A stretch of DNA of 58,071 nt from a virus. Lineage: Duplodnaviria; Caudoviricetes. Where the stretch lies: positions 1-58,071 of the IMG/VR virus record IMGVR_UViG_3300040946_000134; one strand, 5' to 3'. Shown piece by piece: positions 10,070-19,487 of this stretch (position 1 is the first letter of the stretch; every line of letters starts with the position of its first letter). Made by a program: the position numbers and the translations under genes. The notes beneath the pieces were generated by a model that searched no databases, was not told the origin of the DNA, and saw only the letters and a program-made list of their open reading frames with translations.

Positions 10070-10480
10070 TCAGGTTCCTTGGTTGGTCGGGACCGTCACG
10101 GCGTCCGTGAAGCTGGTTGAAAAGATTGTGTTTATGTTGTATTCCAACAGAAGGTTCCGGGTCCGCACGTCCTCGTAGGCGTTCAGGGAGTTTATGGAAA
10201 GCACCCCATATGGAGAATATCCGGCGACCTCCGTTATGAGCATCTGCCTGGTCTGCAGGATCAGGCCGTTTTGCGCCGCCGGATTCTTGGATCCGCACAG
10301 GTTCCAATAGTCTATCCCAAAGTCCATGGCCGCAAACCAATCGTTCAAGAAAAAGAGAAGTCGCGTTTGAACGTCCTGTGCCACGCACGCTTGGCCTGAA
10401 ACGAAGCTGTTAAGCCCCTGCCCCCAGGACCAATCGCCCTCCGCGTCGATCGCCCTTATGATCATGGTCAGCTGGCTCAT
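10070..10480 (-). CDS. Baseplate wedge / sheath initiator protein (gp25-like)
   Basis: IRAIDAEGDWSWGQG, VAQDVQTRLLFFLNDWF..GIDY motifs; position before baseplate J. Confidence 0.75.
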   Translation of the reverse strand: MSQLTMIIRAIDAEGDWSWGQGLNSFVSGQACVAQDVQTRLLFFLNDWFAAMDFGIDYWNLCGSKNPAAQNGLILQTRQMLITEVAGYSPYGVLSINSLNAYEDVRTRNLLLEYNINTIFSTSFTDAVTVPTNQGT

Positions 10481-10845
10481 GGAAGCGGGGGAATTGTTGG
10501 TAAAACTGGTGGGACTATCTTGCAGTTCATCGCGTTGATCTTAGCTGTAATCGCTGAGATCAGCTTGGTGTAGGCTGCCACCAAAGCTATCTCCGCTGCG
10601 ATGGCTTGGGCATACTGAGCCTCATAGAAGGCGATCTGAGCCGTGATAAAGTTAATGCAGTCCTGAAGGGTCTTAGGTATTGTAACGAGGGGTACTAATG
10701 CGGCGATCTGTCTCTCATAGGCGAGCAATTGGGCATTTAGCTCGGCTGCCACCAAGTTGATGAGATCCTGCAGCGTGGAGCAGTCAGGGCACGAGTTGAT
10801 CTGCTCCGTTATATTGTCGATCCATTCTGTATTTATGGCGGACAT
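10477..10845 (-). CDS. Hypothetical helical protein in baseplate module
   Basis: ORF tightly packed between spike and wedge genes. Confidence 0.6.
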   Translation of the reverse strand: MSAINTEWIDNITEQINSCPDCSTLQDLINLVAAELNAQLLAYERQIAALVPLVTIPKTLQDCINFITAQIAFYEAQYAQAIAAEIALVAAYTKLISAITAKINAMNCKIVPPVLPTIPPLP

Positions 10846-10846
10846 T

Positions 10847-11425
10847 TCAGCGTGCTATGTTGATGATTATCCCATTGACCACGGTGACCGTGGCCCCGTC
10901 TGCAGACGTAAACACATCACTGGCACCGGTGGACACATTTAAATTACCATTAACCGTGATGCCCAAGCTCAAGTAGTCGGCGAAGGCGCTCGCGATCGCA
11001 CTGATTCCGACCAAGGCTATTCCATCAGCCATGCTGTGCATCCTGAGGGTGTTCGGAGGAGCCCCCGTGGTACCGTTTGTTAGCCAAGGGTCTAAATCCC
11101 GGTCATTGAACAGAACTAAGCAGGTGTCCCCTTGAGAAACCGGCATCCCAATGAAAGTGGAGCCTCCACGTAAAACGAATACCGGCACATCCTGCAAGAT
11201 GGGATATGGTATGAGGGATGGGGCTTGAGGAACCGTTCCCTTCACCAAACCCTTATTAAATACCTGCGCTGTATTTACTAGTTGGATGGATGCCGTCTGG
11301 GTATCAGCATTGAAGCTCACCACGGTCCCCACCCGCACGCAGTTCAGCCCCGAGTAGGAGTTGTCGCGCTCCTGGTCCAGGATCACCCGGAGGTCCGGAT
11401 TGACTAGGAAGGACTGGTTGTTCAT
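10847..11425 (-). CDS. Baseplate central spike (Gp138/gpV-like)
   Basis: VGTVVSFN, ILQDVPV, PVSQGDTCLVLFNDRDLDPW, RMHSMADGIALVG; C-terminal TVVNGII. Confidence 0.85.
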   Translation of the reverse strand: MNNQSFLVNPDLRVILDQERDNSYSGLNCVRVGTVVSFNADTQTASIQLVNTAQVFNKGLVKGTVPQAPSLIPYPILQDVPVFVLRGGSTFIGMPVSQGDTCLVLFNDRDLDPWLTNGTTGAPPNTLRMHSMADGIALVGISAIASAFADYLSLGITVNGNLNVSTGASDVFTSADGATVTVVNGIIINIAR

Positions 11426-12333
11426 TGCGGCTGCGAGATCAGAATGTTGCTCAGGGTGGGGCTAGTCACGGAAACCGTGTTCGGGAACCAAAGGAAACTT
11501 CCGGTGGTAGTGTTCGGGATCGCGGTTGGCGCGTTTATCGCCCCGCGGTGCTCGAAGGCCACTATCTTGTGGAGTCCGTTCCACTGCGGGTTGAACGTGC
11601 TCTCCAAGTCTATGGTCTGGAAGAGATTCAGGCGCGGCTCGAAAACCATGTCTAGCTCCACCATGGCTCCGCTCCTGCGCGGAACGCCGAGCAACCCCGT
11701 GTCCGCGGAGACCAACGGGGCGGAGGCCGTTGGAAGGCCCTCGTTTGGATTGAGGCAGAAGAGCTGGCCGTTCGATATGGCCGCGTTCCCGCCGGACTTG
11801 TCCAGGATGATCCCCCAGGTGTTCCCGGCCAGAACCTCCGTCCGCATGTTCACCGTGGGGAAGAATCCGACCGTGGGCTTTCCTATTATCCCGGGCATCT
11901 GCGCCCCGAACTGAACGATCACCGCGTCCGCCCTGGTCTGCGGGGGAACGGTCGTTGAGACGAACCCGTTGGTCATCGGGAACCCTCCGTCGAAGGCATC
12001 TATCACGGTAACAGTGTCCGTGTTGCCCTCCTTCTCCGAGTAGGCCTTCAGGATGGTGCCGTTGAAGATCAGGGGCGTGAAGTTTTGGTAACCGGCCGCG
12101 AAGGTGACCGTCCGCAAGACGGTCCAGTCGAACTGATCCTTGTAGAGCTTCCTGCGGTCCTCCTTCCCCAAGCCATAGACCCTGAACTGCGCCGTCTGCG
12201 TGGAGGCCATTGCCTTCCTGGTTATCGTGAACTTTATCGTCAGCCCTGCCGGAGGCGTGAAAAGCTGCGTGGCCCCCGTGGAATCCGGGGCGGTCTGAAC
12301 CGTCAGCGTGCCTTGTGGTAGGAACTTGGGCAT
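11422..12333 (-). CDS. Baseplate hub protein
   Basis: IKFTITRK, AQFRVYGL, FAAGY...IFNGTI, DTGLLGVP, FEPRL motifs. Confidence 0.8.
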   Translation of the reverse strand: MPKFLPQGTLTVQTAPDSTGATQLFTPPAGLTIKFTITRKAMASTQTAQFRVYGLGKEDRRKLYKDQFDWTVLRTVTFAAGYQNFTPLIFNGTILKAYSEKEGNTDTVTVIDAFDGGFPMTNGFVSTTVPPQTRADAVIVQFGAQMPGIIGKPTVGFFPTVNMRTEVLAGNTWGIILDKSGGNAAISNGQLFCLNPNEGLPTASAPLVSADTGLLGVPRRSGAMVELDMVFEPRLNLFQTIDLESTFNPQWNGLHKIVAFEHRGAINAPTAIPNTTTGSFLWFPNTVSVTSPTLSNILISQPQ

Positions 12334-12336
12334 GGT

Positions 12337-12699
12337 TCACGGGAGTCCGGGGAAGTACGTGGATTCGATCGTCGCAACGTCCGACGCGTTCAAGAGGATC
12401 ATCGTGCAATTACCGTTCACGAAATCCTCCTGGCTCGTCGGGTCCTGGCCGTTCAGGGTTCCGACCGTTAGGCCGAACGGTATCACGTTCTTCCACTGTC
12501 TGAGAATGTTGGGGTTCGCCACCAGCTGCATTCCGTTCAGTTGCCAGGGAGGGCTTTGCCCGTCCCAGGAAAGGTCGTAATACCAGCCGTTCTGCTGGGG
12601 CCAGTACTCTAGATCCATGGTCACGGTCGACCCGTCCGGGAGAGTTATCGGGTACTCCTGGTTGGGATCATCCGTCAAGCCTGTTAGAATCGCAGCCAT
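12337..12699 (-). CDS. Small baseplate (plug-type) protein
   Basis: DDPNQEYPITL...WYYDL...PNILRQW; position between Dit-like and hub genes. Confidence 0.7.
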   Translation of the reverse strand: MAAILTGLTDDPNQEYPITLPDGSTVTMDLEYWPQQNGWYYDLSWDGQSPPWQLNGMQLVANPNILRQWKNVIPFGLTVGTLNGQDPTSQEDFVNGNCTMILLNASDVATIESTYFPGLP

Positions 12700-12704
12700 G
12701 GGGT

Positions 12705-13550
12705 TCAGTTCGTCGAGGTATAGTGGTACGGGGATATGGCCGTCTGAAGGCTTGTGCCGACTGGAATGGGCGTTTGCCCGGCGTTCCCGGTTTGAGTCTT
12801 GGGAGAGGTTTGCTGCTGATTGCGGCCGGCAACCGATCCTATCGTCACCGTGGCTTCTCCGGCGAACCGCATCTCCTGAAACGTGATCGTGAAGTCCGTC
12901 ATGTACTTGGTCTTGGAGTCCTGCATGGGGCGGATCTCCAGGATGGCGCAGTTCTTCCATATCCCCCACGGAGTCTGGACGGACATGAGCTGCTGACCGG
13001 CCCAAAGCTCTCGGAAATAGAGAAAAGCGTTGGTCTGCCTGGTTATGGATCCGGAGGCGCTTCCGGCGTCCCACATCGAATAAAGGTTCTGTGAGGTTCC
13101 GGAGGCAGCCGCGGCGTCAGACCCCGCCGTGGATTGCTGTTGCGCGGACTCTTGGGCCGCTTCGAAGTCCTGTTGCTGCTGCTCGGTCATCGGAGGCATC
13201 ATCCCGGGGACCAGCGGCAGCGGATTGGCGGCTTGGGATGACGGAGGAGCGAGGACCGTGGACCCGGCGAGTTCGGCGACTATCCCGCGGAGAGTTATGG
13301 TTGGAGGCTCCAGCGCGATGTTGTCCTGAACCGGGGTGTTGTTCTCCAGGTAGTAGTTCGTTATCTGTGAACGCAATCTCACCTCTTCGTCCCCGGGAAT
13401 ATCGAAAAGGAACCCACCGATGCCCGGCGGGAGCGGGCTGGGCGAAACGATTGCCAGGTACGCGGTGGGGTTCGAAGTCTGCAGCGTGGCGAGGGCCTGA
13501 TAGATGCTCTCGTTGTCCGGAGGGACTATGTTTTGCCCTTGTTGGATCAT
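12705..13550 (-). CDS. Baseplate/tail tube initiator (Dit-like) protein
   Basis: SQITNYYLENNTPVQDNIALEPPTITLRG, VQTPWGIWKN, FTITFQEMR motifs. Confidence 0.75.
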   Translation of the reverse strand: MIQQGQNIVPPDNESIYQALATLQTSNPTAYLAIVSPSPLPPGIGGFLFDIPGDEEVRLRSQITNYYLENNTPVQDNIALEPPTITLRGIVAELAGSTVLAPPSSQAANPLPLVPGMMPPMTEQQQQDFEAAQESAQQQSTAGSDAAAASGTSQNLYSMWDAGSASGSITRQTNAFLYFRELWAGQQLMSVQTPWGIWKNCAILEIRPMQDSKTKYMTDFTITFQEMRFAGEATVTIGSVAGRNQQQTSPKTQTGNAGQTPIPVGTSLQTAISPYHYTSTN

Positions 13551-14965
13551 CTCATCGGGGCAGCCGCCCCATACGCCGCCTGGTTGGAGTAATTAAGAAG
13601 GATGTCCTTTATGGCCTGCGCAGCGACGTTCTCCCGGCCTGCAGCCGCCTGAACCGCTATCTCCACCTGCTGATGGACCGTCGTGTTCGAGGAAGTGCTC
13701 GGCGAGGACGGAAGCGGGAAGTGAACCCCGGCCCCCAGCGCCGAAGCCGCCGTGATCACGCCGTTGTACCCGGTGACTGGGGGAACCACGTAGCCCCTGG
13801 CCGTCAGGGACCTGCTCAGTCCAACGACGGGATACTTGCTGTCCGGCTTGAGGTAGTTGGCCAGCATCATGGCCCCGATGAACACTGCCGACGCGGCTGC
13901 GATCGCGGCCATGGTCCCAAGCAGCGGGAGAAGCGCCACGTTCAGAGCCCCGGAGGCTATGGTCGCCACCCCCATGGCCGCGGCGAACCAGCTCAGGGCC
14001 AGGGCGGCAACCCCTATTCCGGCCGCAACGTCGACGATCAAGAATTTGACGACCTTCGCTGAGGTGCTTCCGCGGTCGAGCCATTGAACAAACTCGCTCA
14101 ACCACCCGGCCACCGTGGTGAGGGCGTTGGCCAGAACCATAAGTGCGGGCGTGAACTCCGAGACTAGCGCGGCCGTGGAGGATGAAACCCCAGTCTTCAG
14201 GTTTGCCCAGGCGGAGTTCAGGGCGTTCATCGCCGGAAGGTTCTTGTCGATCACGTCGAACATGGCCTGCCAGTCTGAAGCCCGAAACTCAGGATTTCTC
14301 AGCGCGGCGAACATGTTGTCCGGGATTCCCGCTCCCTCCGCCCAGAACCGCGCCCACGGAACCTGATCCGCCCTGAGCCCCATCAACCCCCGGTGCAGGT
14401 CCGCAACCAGCTTCCTCGGGTCCTCCCCGGGATTGACTGGGATGCCTATCAGGTTGGAAAGCATTTGCCACTGCATCGCTCCGGCCCCCGTCAGCATCAT
14501 CTGCCGCGAGGCCGTCTGCATGGAGATCAGGAACCGAGCCATGTCCTCCGGGCCAAGACCCACCCTGGCCCCCATCCCCTGGAATCCCTGCAAGATCCCG
14601 GGAGCTATCCCAGACGTGAGCGTCAGCCGCTCCAGGGCAGCGGCACCCTTCATGGCTAGATCCACCACGTAGAGCAGGGAGCCTGCGAGAACGTCCACCT
14701 TCACGGCCGACTTCGCAGCCCAGCCCTCCAGCTCCTTGAATTGCTGGTTCAGGGTTTTAGTCTGGTCCGCCGCGTCCTTCGCCTGCTTGCCCGATTTCTC
14801 CGTGGCCTTCCCGGTCTTTTCCAGGACGGGAGGAACTCCGGCCATGGCCATGCCGGCACTTTTCGCTGATACTGCTGAGGCCTTCAGGCTGGAATCTGCC
14901 TGCTTTAGCTTCTCAGCCCCTTCCACCCTGACGCCGAGCTTGATGAACAATTCCGCGACGGTCAT
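13547..14965 (-). CDS. Tape measure protein
   Basis: MTVAELFIKLG start, Ala-rich helical protein with hydrophobic segments, directly after tail chaperones. Confidence 0.8.
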   Translation of the reverse strand: MTVAELFIKLGVRVEGAEKLKQADSSLKASAVSAKSAGMAMAGVPPVLEKTGKATEKSGKQAKDAADQTKTLNQQFKELEGWAAKSAVKVDVLAGSLLYVVDLAMKGAAALERLTLTSGIAPGILQGFQGMGARVGLGPEDMARFLISMQTASRQMMLTGAGAMQWQMLSNLIGIPVNPGEDPRKLVADLHRGLMGLRADQVPWARFWAEGAGIPDNMFAALRNPEFRASDWQAMFDVIDKNLPAMNALNSAWANLKTGVSSSTAALVSEFTPALMVLANALTTVAGWLSEFVQWLDRGSTSAKVVKFLIVDVAAGIGVAALALSWFAAAMGVATIASGALNVALLPLLGTMAAIAAASAVFIGAMMLANYLKPDSKYPVVGLSRSLTARGYVVPPVTGYNGVITAASALGAGVHFPLPSSPSTSSNTTVHQQVEIAVQAAAGRENVAAQAIKDILLNYSNQAAYGAAAPMR

Positions 14966-15153
14966 TTCTTCGCGTCCTCCTGCCTGAGCGCCTGCATGGT
15001 GGTCAGATACTGCTGCTCGAAATCAACGTAGTGCGTCATCCCGATCACGGTCCCTACCGGCATGGAAAGAACCTTGTCCGGGTCCCCACCACCAAACCCC
15101 TTCGCGGCCAGGCCTATCGCGGTGAGCGTTTCGTCATCCATGGTCTGCTTCAC
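14962..15153 (-). CDS. Tail assembly chaperone, downstream (frameshift) ORF
   Basis: Small ORF before TMP, in the -1 frame of the upstream chaperone; frame open from slippery site 15210-15216. Confidence 0.65.
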   Translation of the reverse strand: MKQTMDDETLTAIGLAAKGFGGGDPDKVLSMPVGTVIGMTHYVDFEQQYLTTMQALRQEDAKK

Positions 15154-15599
15154 TTCGGGTTTTCGTCCTTCTTCTTTTCTGGGGTTGACGACGGCAATCC
15201 CAGGTTGCTGAAAAAAGGGAGCAGGGCCTCCCTCGCCACCTCCACCGAGAGCGGGATAAGGTCCCCCCTCAGTTCATCGTCCTCGAAGACTTCATTTGTC
15301 ACTGGCCTACCGGCCAAGACCCATTTCTTGCAGCAGTCGAAGACCAGGCCTTCCAGTTCCTCCGAGGCAAGTAGGACGAGAAGAACCTCCTTCAGGGTGT
15401 TAACTTCCGTCCCGCTCAGGGAGGCCGTTATGTTGTTCACGTCCCTAGTCAAGAGGGCCGGGATTATGGACTCCGAGAACTGCACGTTCACCTTGAGCAG
15501 TTCCCGGGCGATTGCGCGCCGGAGCGCGGATGCCGCCGCGAACGAGACGTGGTTTATAACCAGGTCGTGTCCGCTCGGCAGGGTGGTTTTCTTTTGCAT
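15150..15599 (-). CDS. Tail assembly chaperone
   Basis: Between tube and TMP; ends LLPFFSNL with T TTT TTC slippery heptamer. Confidence 0.7.
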   Translation of the reverse strand: MQKKTTLPSGHDLVINHVSFAAASALRRAIARELLKVNVQFSESIIPALLTRDVNNITASLSGTEVNTLKEVLLVLLASEELEGLVFDCCKKWVLAGRPVTNEVFEDDELRGDLIPLSVEVAREALLPFFSNLGLPSSTPEKKKDENPK

Positions 15600-15657
15600 A
15601 GAGTCTGGGGCGGTCCGGCCCTACTGGGGGCAGGCCGTCGCGTTATGCGTTGCTCGG

Positions 15658-16143
15658 TTATCCGATCGTGCGCGGGCTGTTGTTCGGGTTGCAGATTCCG
15701 GTGTAAGGGTGGATTGCTAGGGCCTGATCCGTGTCCCCGCTCACGTTCTCCTTCATGTTCACGTGGCGTTTCGGCGTGACGAAGTTGATCACGTACGTGT
15801 CCCGGATGATGCCCCCGGAGCCATCGCCGACCATCTTCGTGGCCGTTATCGTTGGGCAGATGAAGGCCGGAGGGTCCTGAAGGTAGAGGGCTTCGTCCTG
15901 GTTGAGCATCACGTCGTCGTCCGAGGCGCGCAGAACCTTGATAACAACGTCCGCCAGGTCCCCCTCCGCGTTGCGGGCGTTGATCACGTTCCCGTTCTTC
16001 CCGACCTTCGTGGTCGAGATGTCCGCGCCCCAGTCTATGGTGAGCACGTCTCCGTCGCCGAAGTCCGTCAGGGGAACCCCGCCGGGATTGTCAGCATCGG
16101 TGAAGATGATGCTGTCGTTTCCAGTGAAAGATATTGATGGCAT
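15658..16143 (-). CDS. Tail tube protein
   Basis: DFGDGD, KVGKNGNVI, KMVGDGSG motifs; follows sheath. Confidence 0.75.
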   Translation of the reverse strand: MPSISFTGNDSIIFTDADNPGGVPLTDFGDGDVLTIDWGADISTTKVGKNGNVINARNAEGDLADVVIKVLRASDDDVMLNQDEALYLQDPPAFICPTITATKMVGDGSGGIIRDTYVINFVTPKRHVNMKENVSGDTDQALAIHPYTGICNPNNSPRTIG

Positions 16144-16164
16144 GTTGTTGTTCCTTTTCGGATG

Positions 16165-17307
16165 TTACGGCTGAATATTGACGATGATGTTAGCGGAATG
16201 AACCGCACCGGCTTCCTTGCCTGCGATCTGCATCGGCGGAGCTGCGCGCTGGGCCCTGCTGCTCTGAGGCTGCGTGGCTATCGGGCTCGTGTAGACGTAG
16301 AAGCCGCTCTGGGTTATGTTCTGCTCGAACGTGGACGGATCTCCGAACGGGATCTCGTCGTTCCAGGTTCCGGGGGCCAGGTAACCATTGGCGACGGCCT
16401 GGAGGCAAACATTCATGGCCGCGGCCCGGAGGACCGCCATGCCCTGCTCCGTCTGCGGGATCTTCGTGTTCGTCGTGGCGAGCGCTTGGAACACCGCCAC
16501 CTGGATCGCGTTGGCGAACCACTCCAGGTTGTAAACCGCGTCGAAGAAGTTGGCGTTCGGTCCCCCGTAGGAGAGAACTTTGGCCACGTTCTGGATGTTG
16601 GCATACACGTTCACGCCTAGGGTCTTGCAGGTGCTCAGGATCGTCGGCGTGATTCCGGAGTCCGGAGAGATGTTGGCCAGGTCCTTCAGGTTCAAGGTGG
16701 AGGTGGTGTCGTTCCCCTCGAAGTCCGTGCTCATCCCAACGGACATCAGGGCGGCGAGGGCTTCACGGGCTCCCGTAGCTGAACCGGCCTGCGTGTACAG
16801 GAACATGATCGCGTCCGCGTCGTCCGCCCCGGAGAGGGTTGCGAAGATTCCGGATCCGTAAAGGTCGCTCGTCTGGTAGGACGTGACCCCGATCATCTTG
16901 TTCACGGACTCCGCCGTGGCTACCCCGGCCAGGAGTTCCGTCTTGCTCGGAGTGTACCCGGCGTTGATGTAAGCCCCGACGAAGATGAGGGCCTCCACGT
17001 CACCGATCGCGCTCGTGAGCGTGTCGGTGGATTGCATCTGGTACACGATCAGCTGTCCGCCTCCGGAGAGGATGTTCGGGCGCTGGGCGAATATGTTCGC
17101 CGCCTGAACGTAGGTCTCCGAGGTGGAGCCCCAGTCCGCCTCCACGTCCGTGGAGTTCTGATAGACGAAGTACCCCGCCTGAGGAACCGGGTTGATCGGA
17201 ACCTCCTTGGACAGGATGCACAGGTTGTTGACCTGCGGAACGGAGAGCCCCGACTCCGGCGTTTCGACCGTGACGGTTACGACCGTGGTGATTGGAAGTG
17301 TGGACAT
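16165..17307 (-). CDS. Tail sheath protein (DUF3383-like)
   Basis: DVEADWGSTSETY, IFAQRPNILSGGG, TKIPQTEQG, GYLAPGTW, QRAAPPMQIAGKEAGAVH motifs. Confidence 0.9.
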   Translation of the reverse strand: MSTLPITTVVTVTVETPESGLSVPQVNNLCILSKEVPINPVPQAGYFVYQNSTDVEADWGSTSETYVQAANIFAQRPNILSGGGQLIVYQMQSTDTLTSAIGDVEALIFVGAYINAGYTPSKTELLAGVATAESVNKMIGVTSYQTSDLYGSGIFATLSGADDADAIMFLYTQAGSATGAREALAALMSVGMSTDFEGNDTTSTLNLKDLANISPDSGITPTILSTCKTLGVNVYANIQNVAKVLSYGGPNANFFDAVYNLEWFANAIQVAVFQALATTNTKIPQTEQGMAVLRAAAMNVCLQAVANGYLAPGTWNDEIPFGDPSTFEQNITQSGFYVYTSPIATQPQSSRAQRAAPPMQIAGKEAGAVHSANIIVNIQP

Positions 17308-17319
17308 GTTGTTTCTCGA

Positions 17320-17859
17320 TTATGGTTGGATCACGGGTTCGCCGACCTCTATGCTGTCAAAATAGTCGACCGGCTTGGTGACGCCCTGGGCGTAAAGCAC
17401 GTTGAAGGTTATCGCGTATCGGTAAAGGTAGGCCGTCCCCATGGCTTCCGAAACGTCCGCGAAGGACGTGGGGACCTGCCCTATGCTGAAGCCGTACTGC
17501 TCCATTTTCTGCTCCGCGTAGGTGGAGTGCAGGGCGAACATCACTTCGTTCCGGCGGACCCGGGCAGTATCCCCGTACCCGGTGACGTGAACTGAGATCA
17601 TGTCCGCCGTGTTTATGGACTGCTCCTCGTTCAGGACCGTCGTTACCGTCTGATCCGAGGGGTTCAGGAACGACTGGGAGCTGTAACCCCGGTTCACCCC
17701 GTAGGGCTTGGATCCGAGAAGGTGAAGGGAGACGTACACGCGGCTGTCGTTCGGGATGATCCACCGCTGATTGTAGATGACCACCTGGTCCGCCTTCAGG
17801 CACATCTCCCGGCGGATTATGTCGACCAGAACCTGGAGGATTTCAGGACTTGATGGCAT
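17320..17859 (-). CDS. Neck/tail completion protein
   Basis: Position before sheath; size and composition typical of tail terminators. Confidence 0.65.
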   Translation of the reverse strand: MPSSPEILQVLVDIIRREMCLKADQVVIYNQRWIIPNDSRVYVSLHLLGSKPYGVNRGYSSQSFLNPSDQTVTTVLNEEQSINTADMISVHVTGYGDTARVRRNEVMFALHSTYAEQKMEQYGFSIGQVPTSFADVSEAMGTAYLYRYAITFNVLYAQGVTKPVDYFDSIEVGEPVIQP

Positions 17860-18268
17860 TGTAGTCCTCCGTAAGCTCGTAACGCTTTATGCCGTAGTCC
17901 TCTATGGGCAGCGGGCCCATGACCCGGTACGGCACGCCCTTCCTGATCACGACGTCGTTGGGCTTCAGCTCGATCTCCCGGCCCACGTAAAGAACGAACC
18001 ACCTGAAAGTCCTGTCTCCCTCCGGCTTGAGCAAGACTTCCCGCGGCTTCATCGGGTTGAAGAACCCGGCCGTGTTGAACGGCCTCCGGATCTCCTTGGC
18101 CAACCCGTCCACGATGGTTGTGGTTATCCGCTCCGCCTGCAGCGGCCGGAACCAATTGATGATGGCCCCGCGCATGTTCGGCACGGTCAGGGCGCTCTCC
18201 GATATTTCCCGCGTTCCCGCTCCTATGATCGGTCCCGGGTTCTCCACGTTGGATGCGATCGTGTTCAC
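17843..18268 (-). CDS. Head closure / head-tail joining protein
   Basis: LKPEGDRTFRW, LKPNDVVIRKGVPYRVM, YGIKRYEL motifs; GTG start overlaps upstream stop. Confidence 0.65.
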   Translation of the reverse strand: MNTIASNVENPGPIIGAGTREISESALTVPNMRGAIINWFRPLQAERITTTIVDGLAKEIRRPFNTAGFFNPMKPREVLLKPEGDRTFRWFVLYVGREIELKPNDVVIRKGVPYRVMGPLPIEDYGIKRYELTEDYNAIKS

Positions 18269-18810
18269 GGCAGCGGAGCAACCGGGGTTTGCGGCGAGCC
18301 CTTCAGGACCACCGCGTAGGTGATAGAACGCTGGAGCTGGCCGGTGTCTATCAGGATGTCCGAGTTCTTTTTCCGGGCGATGGTCCGGGGCTTCAGTTTC
18401 TCCCAGAACCCGAACCCTCCCGTGTGGAAAGCGTCCGCGATCAGACCGATACACTCGTTCCCGACCATGTCCAGAAGATGGATGAATCCGTGTTTAACAA
18501 TTATGTCCTTCCACTGCTCCGGGCTGGCCATGCTCTTCAGCTTGTCCCCCAGGTGGAGAAGGATGGGCATCCGCAGGAAAGAACGCTCCGGAAGATGGCT
18601 CTTCTGTAAACCGAACTCGTGCCAAAAGCCCAGCTGCGGGTTGGTCAGGTCGGAGTCCTTGCGCTTGGTCCCCGTCTCGTCCGGGGTGCGGCCGGCATAG
18701 TCGCCGAGGATTCCGACCTTCAGGTAGGCGTTCTCCGCCGCGTCCAGGTTCTGGATCATGCCCTCAAGCGGGGCCGCGTTAAGCTGTATGTCGTATCGGT
18801 CCACGGTCAA
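18265..18810 (-). CDS. Neck / virion morphogenesis protein (HK97 gp10-like)
   Basis: LKVGILG, HEFG...LPERSFLR, LKPRTIARK...ILIDTGQLQRSITY motifs. Confidence 0.8.
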   Translation of the reverse strand: MTVDRYDIQLNAAPLEGMIQNLDAAENAYLKVGILGDYAGRTPDETGTKRKDSDLTNPQLGFWHEFGLQKSHLPERSFLRMPILLHLGDKLKSMASPEQWKDIIVKHGFIHLLDMVGNECIGLIADAFHTGGFGFWEKLKPRTIARKKNSDILIDTGQLQRSITYAVVLKGSPQTPVAPLP

Positions 18811-19487
18811 ACGGGGTTGGTCTCCCTGAGGAGCGTTGCGACGTGACCGACCGTGTAAGGCATCGTTATCTGGAGATACCGGGCCCCATAGCGCGTGGTC
18901 GAAAGAAGGGAAAGGAACGGGTCGTCCTTAACGCGATCCGGAACGGCGAAGCTCTGGCTCACGCCGTCCACGCTCTTGGACGCGGTAAGCCAGGAGAACT
19001 GGCTAGCAAGGCCCTCCACGGAGGCGAGAAGGTTCTCGACCAGGCAGTGAGCGGCCAGGAACAGGAAGGCCCGCGTGAAGATCTGCTGGTTCGGGAAAAG
19101 CCCCTGGTCCATGTTGTCCGAAGCGTCCGAGATGGCCCCGTTTATGTCAGTGTCCGTCACCAGTCCCTGGTTCGTGTTGTCTCCTCCGGAGGCTGTGGCC
19201 TGGGCGTTGGAGGAATAGCCCGCGCCCCCGTTCTCGATCGCGCAGGAGATTAGGGAGCCTGCGGTGAATGTCCCGTTAATCACCGCACCCGTGCCGCTCA
19301 CGTCGGTGATGACCAAAGGCGTGGTCCCGGTCGGGTAGTTGTAACCCCCGGCCTGAGGAACCGCCGCCGTTATGACCCCGCCCGCGACCGTCAGGGCTAC
19401 AACCGCCCCGTAACCCGGCACCGCATAGCGAAAATCCCTTATAAATTGGGCCTTAAAGTCGTTCGATGTTGGAATGTTAAATCCCAT
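18807..19487 (-). CDS. Head-tail adaptor (DUF4054-like) with inserted Gly-rich beta domain
   Basis: FKAQFIRDF, AFLFLAAH, SKSVDGVSQSF, TTRYGARYL motifs. Confidence 0.8.
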   Translation of the reverse strand: MGFNIPTSNDFKAQFIRDFRYAVPGYGAVVALTVAGGVITAAVPQAGGYNYPTGTTPLVITDVSGTGAVINGTFTAGSLISCAIENGGAGYSSNAQATASGGDNTNQGLVTDTDINGAISDASDNMDQGLFPNQQIFTRAFLFLAAHCLVENLLASVEGLASQFSWLTASKSVDGVSQSFAVPDRVKDDPFLSLLSTTRYGARYLQITMPYTVGHVATLLRETNPV

